A DNA stretch of 64,000 nucleotides from positions 2,428 through 66,427 of the forward strand of contig CAYPIW010000017.1 in the NCBI GenBank assembly GCA_964410925.1, given 5' to 3'. The notes under the pieces were generated by a model. It had not been told where the DNA came from and searched no databases. It saw only the letters and a program-made list of their open reading frames with translations. Below, one piece after another: positions 20,968 through 31,099 of this stretch. The first letter of the stretch is position 1, and every line of letters starts with the position of its first letter. This DNA comes from an uncultured Desulfobacteraceae bacterium (lineage in GTDB: Bacteria; Desulfobacterota; Desulfobacteria; Desulfobacterales; UBA11574). Made by a program: the position numbers and the translations under genes.

Positions 20968-22941
20968 TTAATCAGGAATGATCTTGATATAGTCTTTCTT
21001 GAAGACATCCCAGGTTCCGGCTTTGGGGTCATACTTGGAGTTGACAAAGCAGAACCAGTTCGCATCATCCTGGCCCGGATAGTCGGTCTGGTAGTAAAAT
21101 CCCGGATAGCGCGTCTCTTTCCGGAACTGGATGTGACGCAGGTGAGATTCCACGGTCCAGATACGGTGGTGGATTTCCCAGCAGCGCATCAGTTCATGGA
21201 CGTCGCCGGCAGCCAGCTTCTCGCAGTCTTCACGCATCATCTCGAGCTTTTCCATGACAATCTCAAGACTTTTGCTGTTGGTTGTATAAAAGGTTGCCGT
21301 ACCCGCGCCATACTCGTGGGTTGCTTTCATCAGACGATAGGTCATCCCGTCGGGCTTGAGGTAATTGGGGTTGATATCGATGGCGGTGGTATAATTACAA
21401 TGCTCAAGGAAAGTCCTCACCGGTTTGTAGACGATATCCACCAGTTCTTGACTCGACTGGCTAAGGGTCGGTTTAAAGTCGGCATTGTCACGGACAAATC
21501 TGGCCATGGATTTGGCCGCCATCCGTCCTTCGGCATGAGACCCTGACGAGAACTTATGGCCGGAACATCCCACACCGTCGCCGGCGGTAAACAGACCGTT
21601 CACCGTGGTCATACGGTTATAAACTTTGCCTTTATATTTGATCTTGTAAGCCTCGGGCACCCAGTCGAAATCAGGCCCGGAGCACCACAGACCGCAGCAG
21701 CCGGAATGTGACCCCAGCAGATACGGCTCGGTGGGCATAATCTCGGAGTTTTTCTTGTCCGGCTCGGTATTGGTTCCGCACCACAGGTTGGCCTGTCCGC
21801 AAGTCATGTCGAGAAAGTTCTCCCAGGCTTCTGACTCAAGGGCCTTGAGCTCCTTCTTATCGACTTTGGCCCCCAATTCTTTCAGTGCGGTAACCGTATC
21901 CATCATAATCGGGCCTCGACCTTCCTTCATCTCAAAAAGCATGAGATGATTCCGCAGACAGGTCGGTGTAATAGCAGCGGTTCCGTAAGGAGCGTATTTC
22001 TGGAGCTCCGCCTTGGCCGCATCACTGCCCACATACCCTTCACCCAGACCGTTGAGTGTTTTGGCCTTGAACAACAGGAACCAGGCACCCACAGGACCAT
22101 AACCGTCTTTATAGCGTGACGGGGTGAAACGGTTTTCCATCATGGAAAGCTCTGCGCCGACTTCCATGCACATGGTATACGTGGAACCCGCGTTCCAGAT
22201 GGGATACCACGCACGGCCTTTACCTTCACCCACACTTCGGGGCTGATAAATGTTAACTGCGCCGCCACATGCCACCACACAGGTGTTGCATTTGATGATA
22301 AAAACTTTGTTCTCACGGACCGAGAACCCGACCGCGCCGGCAATCCGGTTTTCCTCGTTTGCATCCAGAAGCAGCTTAACGATAAACACACGCTCAAGGA
22401 TATTTTCAGTTCCGAGAGCCAGCTTGGCAGCCTCGGCCACGATCCTTTTGTAAGACTCGCCGTTGATCATGATCTGCCATTTGCCCGTACGCACCGGCTT
22501 TGCACCTGACTTTAAGGTACCCATCTTCTGGCCCTTTTTACCGTCAAGTTTCTTCCCTTCCTCTGACATTTTCCAGATGGGAAGACCCCATTCCTCAAAC
22601 AGGAATACAGAATCATCCACATGAAAGCCCATGTCATAAATAAGGTCTTCTCGGACAATACCCATCAGGTCGTTACGGACCATTCGGACATAATCCTCCG
22701 GTGTATTCTCGCCGATAAAAGTATTGATAGCTGAAAGACCCTGGGCAACAGCGCCGCTTCGTTCAAGAGCAGCCTTGTCCACCAAAAGGATTTTCTTGTC
22801 AGGCGCCCATTTTTTGATCTCGAAAGCAGATCCGCAGGCAGCCATTCCGCCGCCCACGATCAGGATGTCAACTTCTCGCTCTTCAACTTCAGGATCCTTT
22901 ACTGCTTTGAGTTCTCCCAAAGGTTTATTTGGTAATGCCAT
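20968..22941 (-). CDS. aprA: APS reductase alpha subunit
   Basis: ERSGAVAQGLSAIN, WQIMINGESYK, GRAWYP.WN.GS, GHKFSSGS. Confidence 0.98.
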   Translation of the reverse strand: MALPNKPLGELKAVKDPEVEEREVDILIVGGGMAACGSAFEIKKWAPDKKILLVDKAALERSGAVAQGLSAINTFIGENTPEDYVRMVRNDLMGIVREDLIYDMGFHVDDSVFLFEEWGLPIWKMSEEGKKLDGKKGQKMGTLKSGAKPVRTGKWQIMINGESYKRIVAEAAKLALGTENILERVFIVKLLLDANEENRIAGAVGFSVRENKVFIIKCNTCVVACGGAVNIYQPRSVGEGKGRAWYPIWNAGSTYTMCMEVGAELSMMENRFTPSRYKDGYGPVGAWFLLFKAKTLNGLGEGYVGSDAAKAELQKYAPYGTAAITPTCLRNHLMLFEMKEGRGPIMMDTVTALKELGAKVDKKELKALESEAWENFLDMTCGQANLWCGTNTEPDKKNSEIMPTEPYLLGSHSGCCGLWCSGPDFDWVPEAYKIKYKGKVYNRMTTVNGLFTAGDGVGCSGHKFSSGSHAEGRMAAKSMARFVRDNADFKPTLSQSSQELVDIVYKPVRTFLEHCNYTTAIDINPNYLKPDGMTYRLMKATHEYGAGTATFYTTNSKSLEIVMEKLEMMREDCEKLAAGDVHELMRCWEIHHRIWTVESHLRHIQFRKETRYPGFYYQTDYPGQDDANWFCFVNSKYDPKAGTWDVFKKDYIKIIPD

Positions 22942-23026
22942 ATTACATCCTCCTTAAATTAAATAATCATGATTAATCATTTTACTCGATTTCGCAAATC
23001 ATTCGATTTCGTAAACCATAGTCTGT

Positions 23027-23461
23027 TTAAGCGGTTTTCGGTGTTGGCATCTGGCGACCGTCCGCCTCCTCGGTGGATAGAAGTTCACTGTCAAGGTCTT
23101 TGCCTGTCAGACTCAAATAAGCATTGGCGGCGCCTTCCGGGGTCGTCCGGATGGGGAACTTAAAGCGCTTGACAACACCGTTTCTGAATTTACAGGTCCA
23201 CATAACATCTTCGGTTCCGAGCATCGGAATAACGCTGCTTCCCAGCGGAACAAAATCGGCATAACCTCTGACCTCAATCGCTTGTGTGGGGCAGATCTTT
23301 ACGCATGAAAAACATTCCCAGCACTGATCCGGCTCTTGATTGTAAGCCTTCATTTCATTGGGCTCAAGAACCATCAGGTCGTTCGGGCAAATGTACATGC
23401 AAGCGGTCTTATCCCCGCCTTTGCAGCCATCGCATTTTTCAGCAATTACAAAACTTGGCAT
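23027..23461 (-). CDS. aprB: APS reductase beta subunit
   Basis: CDGCKG..ACMYICP, CWECFSCVKICP, KRFKFPIRTTPEG. Confidence 0.98.
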   Translation of the reverse strand: MPSFVIAEKCDGCKGGDKTACMYICPNDLMVLEPNEMKAYNQEPDQCWECFSCVKICPTQAIEVRGYADFVPLGSSVIPMLGTEDVMWTCKFRNGVVKRFKFPIRTTPEGAANAYLSLTGKDLDSELLSTEEADGRQMPTPKTA

Positions 23462-23653
23462 TTAATTACCTCCTGGTTTTTTTTAATAAATGTTCAATAT
23501 GTTAACCTCTTCCAACAATTTCTGGTACAATTTCTAAGTGTTTTGCACCTCCCTTCATTAATTCTAGCACTAAAGGCCATAATTTGTATTAATCATAAAA
23601 AAAGTTTCTACCTGTTTTTCACAAAACCACGAAATGCCGTGATTAAGGATCTG

Positions 23654-23671
23654 AAATGATCGAATTCACAA
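23654..23671. promoter_or_regulatory. Candidate Rex-like operator upstream of aprB
   Basis: aaaTGAtcgaaTTCACAA vs TTGTGAA-N4-TTCACAA; only one perfect half-site; minus-strand TTGACA near 23744-23749. Confidence 0.35.
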
Positions 23672-24020
23672 TTATTCTATAAAATCAGTAAGATAGATTG
23701 AAAAGAGGAATCAAAGCGATTAGATAACAATTAAGAGAATCCTTGTCAAGAACTTTTGGGAAAACTAATCTATAAATTTCCAAACATTACAATTTTATTT
23801 TGGACTGATCATACATATAAATATAACCATTTGAATATACACTATATATTATGCTTAATGCCATTCATGTTGCATAAACCATTCAGGATATGAATCCTAT
23901 CTAGTATATAGGCATTCATTAAGATGGGTATGACCACCGTGACCCATTTCCGAACACTACGGATCTTCCCCGGGATATGCATTTTTTGTTGACATATGGG
24001 ACTCGATTGGTCATTTGTTA

Positions 24021-24174
24021 TTGACGGTCTCGTAAAAAGTCCAACTTCTGCGTTGTGCTGCATTTCGCAATCATTCAACGTACGAAAAAGTACGCCTATG
24101 ATTACAAAATTTGCACGCCTTGAATTTGAACTTCTTACAAAACCGTCTAAATCGGACTTTTTACGAGTTCCTCG
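24021..24174. mobile_element. Shell family A element (inverted copy of 10583-10737)
   Basis: Direct sequence comparison. Confidence 0.8.
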
Positions 24175-24224
24175 TTATTAATTGATGATGTTTTTTCAAT
24201 CCGACGCAACATGGAGAAACTTTT

Positions 24225-24953
24225 ATGGAAAACAATATGACGCCTCTTTTATTAAACGATACGTTTCAATTTTCCTGTTCAAAAAAGGTGCCCTGTTTCA
24301 ATGAATGCTGCCGGGATCTTAATCAGTTTCTCTTCCCTTACGATATATTGCGCATGAAAAACCGACTCGGCTTACCGTCGAACCTGTTCCTTGAGCGCTA
24401 TACTTCCCAGCACACAGGCCCCGAAACCGGGCTCCCCATCATTACTTTCAGGACAGATCCGTTTAAGGGATTAAAATGCCCGTTTGTTGACCCGTCCGGT
24501 TGCAGTATATATGAAGACCGGCCGTCATCATGCCGAACCTATCCCCTTATTCGCGTGGCATCACGATCCAGAACTTCCGGCGTCGTAACCGAACAGTATT
24601 TTCTTTTAAAAGAACCCCATTGTCTGGGATTTAAAAACGGTCATATCTGGACCGTTCGGGAATGGATAGAAGATCAGGGAGTTTCCGTCTACAATCAGAT
24701 GAACGATCTGATGATGGAAATCATCAGCCTCAAAAATCGCCTGATTCCCGGTCCACTGGATATCAAATCCAGGCTCATGTTTCACCTGGCGTGTTATGAT
24801 CTGGATAATTTCAGATCCCATATATTTGACCGGGGACTCCTGGATGACCGTAACATTGATTCCAATATATTAGATACGGTAAAAAATGACGATGTTGAAC
24901 TGTTAAAACTGGGCTTTCAATGGATAAAGCATACCCTTTTTGGTGAGATTTGA
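24225..24953 (+). CDS. YkgJ/FliB-family Cys-cluster protein
   Basis: CFNECC, CPFV..GCSIYEDRPSSCRTYP, EPHCLG. Confidence 0.85.
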   Translation: MENNMTPLLLNDTFQFSCSKKVPCFNECCRDLNQFLFPYDILRMKNRLGLPSNLFLERYTSQHTGPETGLPIITFRTDPFKGLKCPFVDPSGCSIYEDRPSSCRTYPLIRVASRSRTSGVVTEQYFLLKEPHCLGFKNGHIWTVREWIEDQGVSVYNQMNDLMMEIISLKNRLIPGPLDIKSRLMFHLACYDLDNFRSHIFDRGLLDDRNIDSNILDTVKNDDVELLKLGFQWIKHTLFGEI

Positions 24954-24978
24954 CAAAATCGACAGGGTATACAAGATT

Positions 24979-25794
24979 ATGGAAATCAAAAACAAAGTTG
25001 CTCTGGTGCTCGGTGCGGTAAAAGGGATCGGAAAAGGCATAGGACTTGCGCTTGCAAGGGAACAAGCCAAAATCGTTTTAAACTATTTCGATTGGGAAGA
25101 AAGTCTGGATGAACTGGAAAAAGACTTTGCCAAAACCGGTCAGGATTACCTGATTAACAAAACCGACCTGCTTGACACCGATAAGATTCAAGGACTTATT
25201 AAAAAAGTTGTCGATCATTTCGGGCGCCTGGACATTGTGATAAACAACATCGAGCGCGGCGGATGGCCCGTGGTTCACGGGCCATATGTTCGGGAGCAGT
25301 GGGATCTTGAAATGGCAACCACCCTCCGTGCCAAAAGATGGATCTTCGATTCGGCCCTTCCGTATCTTAAAAGCTCCGGAGACGGGGTGGTCATAAATTT
25401 TTCTTCCATTGCCGGCATGGTCGGACGGTCCGGTCCCGCCAGTTATATATTCAATGAGGGGTATGCCGCTGCAAACCGGGGGATTTCCCTTTTAACCGAA
25501 ACCTGGGCCCGTATGGGAGCACCTGAGGTTCGCGTAAATGAAATCATGCTCGGTTTTGTCGAAACCCGGCATGGTGCACAAACCCGGGGCTGGGGTCTTT
25601 TAAGCCACGAGCAGAAAGCTGCGCTTTATGATCATACGTTGCTGAGGAGGACCGGCACCATAGAAGATGTGGTAAAAGCGGTAATTTTTATTATAAAAGA
25701 CGCACCGTTTATGACCGGAAGTGTTCTGCGGCTGGACGGTGGCTATGTTCTGGGCGGCGATAAGATTGCGCCGATTCCGAAAGGTCTCCTGTAA
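24979..25794 (+). CDS. Atypical SDR-family oxidoreductase
   Basis: ALVLGAVKGIG, GRLDIVINN, VRVN, MTGSVLRLDGG; start MEIKNK preferred over GTG 24940. Confidence 0.82.
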   Translation: MEIKNKVALVLGAVKGIGKGIGLALAREQAKIVLNYFDWEESLDELEKDFAKTGQDYLINKTDLLDTDKIQGLIKKVVDHFGRLDIVINNIERGGWPVVHGPYVREQWDLEMATTLRAKRWIFDSALPYLKSSGDGVVINFSSIAGMVGRSGPASYIFNEGYAAANRGISLLTETWARMGAPEVRVNEIMLGFVETRHGAQTRGWGLLSHEQKAALYDHTLLRRTGTIEDVVKAVIFIIKDAPFMTGSVLRLDGGYVLGGDKIAPIPKGLL

Positions 25795-25796
25795 AA

Positions 25797-26003
25797 CTTA
25801 GTACATGTATTCGCAAATATGGTTACGTATTATAATTTGGTTTATTCATTCTATTCATGCAAAAGTTTAAAGTGAACTAAAAGTGAACTAAAGTGCCTAA
25901 AGTTGTGGAGTCGCTTCACTCCACCATTTTATGAAATTGATAAAATTCAATAATTAACTCACTTTAGGCACTTCAAACTTCAAACTTTTGGACTTCATCT
26001 TAT
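25797..26003. repeat. Inverted copy of the CTAAG-flanked insert; overlaps 3' end of IscU-like gene
   Basis: cttagtacatgtattcgcaaatatggttacgtatt..ggcacttcaaacttcaaacttttggacttcatcttat matches reverse complement of 14112-14279. Confidence 0.8.
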
Positions 26004-26514
26004 TTTTACAACACTCCCCGGGGGCGGAGCAGACCGGCCGACATTCCCTATGGGCCAGGCGGCCCTTCCCGTTTTTATATTCATCGATAGCTTTGTGAAG
26101 CGCTTTTACTGCCAGTTGTATGCAGTGGTGTTTTTTTGCGGGAACATCTTCAAGCTGGTTAAAAACATCACCGTCATCGATATTCCGGGCATATTCAAGA
26201 TCTTTACCCTTTACGAGATCAACAGACGCCATGGCCGCGGAAATCGCACCCGGGCAGCCAAGCACCTGGTAGCGAATATCTTTTATTGTGTTATGATCTA
26301 TTTTAAGAAAGATCTTCAATGTGTCTCCGCAGGTACCGAGCATCTCTGACACCTGGTCAGCATCCGGCAAACTGCCCATATACGGTTTTTCAAGATAATA
26401 GGTAATGGCTTTTTCCGAATACCCGAGATCTGCGAGCATCATTCGTTCGTTTCCGTTATCATTCTCAACCAGAACGTCAGTCTGATCTTTATCTGCACTA
26501 TGTAATGAATGCAT
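25954..26514 (-). CDS. IscU/NifU N-terminal-like Fe-S scaffold protein
   Basis: GTCGD, LGCPGAIS, KKHHC; true start probably near 26442. Confidence 0.82.
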   Translation of the reverse strand: MHSLHSADKDQTDVLVENDNGNERMMLADLGYSEKAITYYLEKPYMGSLPDADQVSEMLGTCGDTLKIFLKIDHNTIKDIRYQVLGCPGAISAAMASVDLVKGKDLEYARNIDDGDVFNQLEDVPAKKHHCIQLAVKALHKAIDEYKNGKGRLAHRECRPVCSAPGECCKNKMKSKSLKFEVPKVS

Positions 26515-26749
26515 TCTAAAACTCCCTGAGATTAATTTCCATTTAAAAAAAGTTTTTTTAGATATATATAAAAATCCACTCTGTCAAGTGGGCGTTGATT
26601 TTATTTCGAAATAAAGGTAACTATGATTAAAGTTAGTTCGCTTCGCTCACAATTGGCCTCCGGCCCGCAGGGCCTGCGCCCCGGAGGGCTTCCGGGTCGT
26701 AAAACCCAAGCCTCAATCAATGCGAGTTGAATAACTCGGAAGGAAAAAT

Positions 26750-27148
26750 ATGATGAAAGTGTTACTGATAACACCGCACAAGAACTCTTTGTTGGAATTG
26801 GCCTCGGTTATGAAAAAATATGACGATGTTGAATTAACATGGACGGATTCAGGACAAAAAGCACTGGATACGCTTTCGGAGACATCCGTGGATCTTGTTG
26901 TAACCGATAAAGAGCTTGGAGACATGACAGGACTTGAATTTGCAGAAAAATTGCTCCGGGTAAATCCGATGATCAACTGTGCCGTATTAAGCCCGCTGCC
27001 ATCTGACGAATTTCATGAGGCCAGTGAAGGTCTTGGCGTTTTTGCACAATTACCGCTCCGGCCCGCCAAGGCAGATGCCGAAAAACTGTTAAAGGGCCTT
27101 AAAAACCTGAAGAACCTCACTTCGGGTATTACCATCGGCAGAGTGTAA
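26750..27148 (+). CDS. Stand-alone receiver-domain protein
   Basis: SGQKAL..VDLVVTD..MTGLEF; canonical acidic pocket and KP motif degenerate. Confidence 0.78.
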   Translation: MMKVLLITPHKNSLLELASVMKKYDDVELTWTDSGQKALDTLSETSVDLVVTDKELGDMTGLEFAEKLLRVNPMINCAVLSPLPSDEFHEASEGLGVFAQLPLRPAKADAEKLLKGLKNLKNLTSGITIGRV

Positions 27149-27593
27149 ATCAAGGCCGCTGATAAACGGTGATCCTTGTCTATTGACAAACCATAGCTCC
27201 GATTTCAGGTTTCAGGTTTCAGGTGTCAGGTGTCAGGGTTAAAGGAGAAATGAGGTGACCCATAGCAATAATATGATCGTATGTTGAATAAATTCAGGGC
27301 TCCTGACTCGGCGGTAAATCTGAATACAACATATTATTTTAAACACTGAACTGTAGACTAAAATAAAAAATGAACGTCCAACATCGAAGGACCGTACACC
27401 TTCGGTATTTCAATTTTACAATTTAATGGAGCGAAGCGATATCCTTATTCGACGTTCGATGTTGAGCGTTCGATGTTCGATGTTCAAATTGTTGCATCTA
27501 TTACTCAACATTCTTCCTGAAACCTGACACCTGAAACCTGAAACCTAATATCCATGGCAATCTTAGCAAACAACAGTCTTGATTTACACGCCC
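27141..27593. mobile_element. Shell family B element with TCAGGTK cargo and nested TTCGATG heptamer element
   Basis: Ends gtgtaaatcaag / cttgatttacac; inverted relative at 61912-62170. Confidence 0.82.
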
Positions 27594-27637
27594 ATTGGCA
27601 ATAGTTAAGAAATGAGACCTTTCTCTATAAAACTGAT

Positions 27638-28828
27638 ATGACTCTAACGACAACTAAAAATTCTGCTCTCCGGTCCAGGGATGTTTTTAATACCGGAAAA
27701 GTGCTGACCCTTTCAGTTTGCCATTTTATCCACGATATCTATTCCAGTTTTTTCGCACCCCTGCTTCCTCTGCTTGTGGAGAAATTTTCCATGACACTTG
27801 CCCAGGCCGGTTTTCTTTCCACAATAATGCAGATCCCCGCTTTTTTTAATCCGTTTATCGGTCTTCTTGCGGACAGGATTTCTGTCCGTTATTTTATCAT
27901 CCTTGCTCCGGCCACCACCGCCATACCCATGAGCCTTTTGGGTCTTGCGCCCAGTTACGGTGTATTAGCACTGCTTTTTTTTGTTACCGGTGTCAGTGTT
28001 GCCCTTTTTCATGTTCCTGCCCCGGTTATGGTATCACAAGTATCCGGAATTAAGACAGGTAAAGGAATGAGTTTTTACATGACGGGCGGTGAACTGGCCA
28101 GAACACTGGGGCCCATGGTTGCGGTGGGCTCGGTCTCGATTTTAAGTCTCGAAGGATACTACCCGATTATGGTTTTCGGAATTATAGCCTCGCTCTGGCT
28201 TTATTTCAAGTTTCATGGAATTGACGTGCAGGTTAAAAAGTCGGACAGAAGGCCCCTGTTATCCACCTGCCGTGAAATGAAACACATCCTTTTGCCCTTG
28301 ACCGCCATACTGTTTGCACGGGGATTTATGCACGCATCAACAACTACGTTTCTTCCAATCTTTATCAAGATGGAAACCGGTAATATATGGCTGGCAGGAT
28401 TCGGGCTCACCGCATTCGAAGCGTTTGGAGTGGCGGGCGTACTGTCATCCGGAACACTCAGCGATTATTTGGGTCGAAGACAAATACTGATCATTTCCTT
28501 GATATGTGCTCCTGTGGGACTGTTTTTATTTGTGTACACCGGTGGACTGCTGCGCTGCCTCATGCTTCTTTTTACCGGTTTTACACTTTTGTCTACTACG
28601 CCGGTTATGCTGGCAATCGTACAGGAAAACGCCAAAAGCAGCCCATCAACAGCCAATGGACTGTTTATGATGGTGTCGTTTATTTCACGATCAGCCATTG
28701 TGGTCCTCGTCGGAATCATCGCAGATCATATCGGTCTTCCCTTAACCTACTGTATCAGTGCGGCAATAGGATTAATCGGTATACCGTTTATTTTGATGCT
28801 TCCGAAAAACAAGGTGATTCGGGTGTAA
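27638..28828 (+). CDS. MFS transporter (Fsr-like)
   Basis: CHFIHDIY, GLLADR, ALFHVPA, GTLSDYLGRR; about 12 hydrophobic segments. Confidence 0.88.
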   Translation: MTLTTTKNSALRSRDVFNTGKVLTLSVCHFIHDIYSSFFAPLLPLLVEKFSMTLAQAGFLSTIMQIPAFFNPFIGLLADRISVRYFIILAPATTAIPMSLLGLAPSYGVLALLFFVTGVSVALFHVPAPVMVSQVSGIKTGKGMSFYMTGGELARTLGPMVAVGSVSILSLEGYYPIMVFGIIASLWLYFKFHGIDVQVKKSDRRPLLSTCREMKHILLPLTAILFARGFMHASTTTFLPIFIKMETGNIWLAGFGLTAFEAFGVAGVLSSGTLSDYLGRRQILIISLICAPVGLFLFVYTGGLLRCLMLLFTGFTLLSTTPVMLAIVQENAKSSPSTANGLFMMVSFISRSAIVVLVGIIADHIGLPLTYCISAAIGLIGIPFILMLPKNKVIRV

Positions 28829-28882
28829 ATTAAGGCCGTTGGTAAACGCTGATCCGCGTCTGTTGTCAAACCGTGGCTCCGA
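28820..28882. repeat. Left-end fragment of shell family B
   Basis: gggtgtaaattaaggccgttggtaaacgctgatcc..caaaccgtggctccga matches 27141-27202. Confidence 0.75.
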
Positions 28883-29049
28883 AGCCTTTTTTTCTTATAT
28901 TATATATTTCGGTATTTATGAGAAACTCGGGTTAAGCGCTTGACAAGAAAACATGGTGTCATATGTTACACGAACACGCTCATAACCCGGAGGAAATCTC
29001 AGCGTGATTATCAGCCTTGCAAAAATAAAATAAAGGAGAACTCTGTACA

Positions 29050-29436
29050 ATGCAAAATGGAAGGATAGCGGTTCCGTCTATGGAAAAAGGCGGGTTGGAC
29101 GGTCAACGGTCGGGACATTTCGGCCACTGTGATGTGTTTACCCTGGTAGATGTCGAAGCAGGAGAAATCAAGGGAGTCACCACGATCTCAAACCAAAATC
29201 ATGTCCAGGGAGGATGTATGGTCCCGGTGAATCTCCTGGCGGAACACAATGTAAATGCATTAATCGTAGGCGGTATCGGCATGAGACCGCTTATGGGGTT
29301 CAGGCAGGTGGGTATCGATGTGTATTACGATGCCGTGCGTCCTGAAATAAGACCGGTTGTGGAAGACCTGATTGCAGGGAAATTATCTGCGATTACGGAT
29401 GATCAGGTTTGTGGCAGCGGCCATGGCGGCATATGA
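29050..29436 (+). CDS. NifB/NifX-family cluster-binding protein
   Basis: IAVPS, HFGHC, GGIG.RP. Confidence 0.85.
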   Translation: MQNGRIAVPSMEKGGLDGQRSGHFGHCDVFTLVDVEAGEIKGVTTISNQNHVQGGCMVPVNLLAEHNVNALIVGGIGMRPLMGFRQVGIDVYYDAVRPEIRPVVEDLIAGKLSAITDDQVCGSGHGGI

Positions 29437-29464
29437 ATAAAGACAAAGGGATTCGGGACATAAA

Positions 29465-29572
29465 ATGAAAATAGCTGTAACATCCAAAGGCACGGTCAGG
29501 GATGCCTTAGAGTCCTTCATTCAAGGAAAATTGACTTTTTCTGATCAGGCAACTGTTGAGGGTCACTGGTAA
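29465..29572 (+). pseudogene. Internally deleted NifB/NifX-family gene (35 aa)
   Basis: MKIAVTSKGT-VRDALESFIQGKLTFSDQATVEGHW: typical N- and C-termini joined, middle missing. Confidence 0.7.
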
Positions 29573-29746
29573 ATTGCAAATCATCTGGACCCCTCCCGGA
29601 CTCGATCCGGAATCTACCGGAGTGACGACTTTTTGCGAAGTCATCAAGTTTTAAGTATCTGTTAAAACAATTAAATTTAATTCTCTAAAACCTAAATCTT
29701 AAAACCTGAAACGTGATGAGTTCTGCTTTTTACGAATGCATCAATA

Positions 29747-31099
29747 ATGATAAGGTTTATGAAATTTCTGATCATCGGTGGCGATGCAGCCGGAATGAGC
29801 GCTGCAAGCAGGGCAAAAAGAAATAATCCTGATCTTGATATTACCGTACTGGAAAAGACAATGGATGTTTCATACAGTGCCTGCGGGATACCATACAATA
29901 TCGCCGATTCCGGCAGGGAAATTGATGATCTTGTTGTCAGACAGGCAAGTGTCTTCCGGGAAAAACAGGGGATCAATATTTTGACCGGTCATTGCGTTAC
30001 ATCGATTGATCCCATAAGCAAGACCGTTGCCGGCATATCGTTGCAAAAAAAGAAGTTTCAATTCTCCTATGATAAATTATTGATCGCAACCGGAGGGTCT
30101 CCCATCATACCGGACCTGTCCGGTTTTCATCTTCCCGGGGTTTTGGCCTTAAAGAGCCTGAATGACGGAAGAAAAATCAAATCATATCTAACCTCAAATA
30201 CGGTTAAAAAAGCCGTTATCATCGGCATGGGATATATCGGTCTTGAAATGTGTGAAGCGCTCAGGGCCAGATCCATAGAAGTAGATATGGTAAAACCCGG
30301 CCCCGTTTTTCTCCCATGGATGGAAAAAGAACTGTCCGATGTTGTGAGAAAAGAAGTAGAAACCAATAAAGTAAAATTATATCCGGGCCATACGCTGCAA
30401 AAAATCCACGCTGAGGGGGCACGATTACAGGTAATATGTTCCGATCTTATCCTTGAGACAGATATGGTTCTGGTAGCCATTGGGATAAAACCAAACAGCG
30501 GGCTTGCCTCCGGCGCAGGCCTTGACCTTGGCACAGGCAATGCGATTGCCGTGGACAGAAACTTGAAAACTTCGGATGGCAACATATATGCTGCAGGAGA
30601 TTGTGCGGATGCGTATCATGTCGTTTCGGGTAAAAAAACGTGGATACCTCTGGCGTTACGGGCCAATCGCTCAGGCTGGGCCGTTGCCGACAATATCTGC
30701 GGCAAGGCGGTTGAGCTTCCGGGAGTTGCCGGTACAGCGGTGTTTAAGGTGTTTGATCTTGAAGTGGCGCGTACCGGCATTACCCTAAAAGAAGCAACGG
30801 ATTCCGGTTTCGAGCCTGCAAAGGTTATGATTAAAACCCGGTCGCGCGCCCATGCCCACCCCGGCGCGTCGGTCATCCATGTCCTCATGATCGGAGACAA
30901 AAAATCCAGGCGTATCCTGGGCGCCCAGATGGTGGGCCGGGAAGGTGTCGCACATAGAATTAATGCAATTGCCGTTGCATTACATGGCCGAATGACCGTT
31001 GATGAATACTGTCAAACAGATCTGGCATACGCCCCGCCCTTTGGCCCGGTCTGGGATCCCACACTCACTGCAGCAAATCAGCTGCTTAAGAAATTTTAG
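29747..31099 (+). CDS. CoA-disulfide reductase / NADH oxidase family flavoprotein
   Basis: IGGDAAGMSAA, SYSACG, GMGYIG, YAAGDC, DLAYAPPF. Confidence 0.88.
   Translation: MIRFMKFLIIGGDAAGMSAASRAKRNNPDLDITVLEKTMDVSYSACGIPYNIADSGREIDDLVVRQASVFREKQGINILTGHCVTSIDPISKTVAGISLQKKKFQFSYDKLLIATGGSPIIPDLSGFHLPGVLALKSLNDGRKIKSYLTSNTVKKAVIIGMGYIGLEMCEALRARSIEVDMVKPGPVFLPWMEKELSDVVRKEVETNKVKLYPGHTLQKIHAEGARLQVICSDLILETDMVLVAIGIKPNSGLASGAGLDLGTGNAIAVDRNLKTSDGNIYAAGDCADAYHVVSGKKTWIPLALRANRSGWAVADNICGKAVELPGVAGTAVFKVFDLEVARTGITLKEATDSGFEPAKVMIKTRSRAHAHPGASVIHVLMIGDKKSRRILGAQMVGREGVAHRINAIAVALHGRMTVDEYCQTDLAYAPPFGPVWDPTLTAANQLLKKF

Noticed and set aside
14441..22957. Long antisense or alternate-frame ORFs over sat/qmo/apr
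   Set aside because: Shadow ORFs of strongly codon-biased genes
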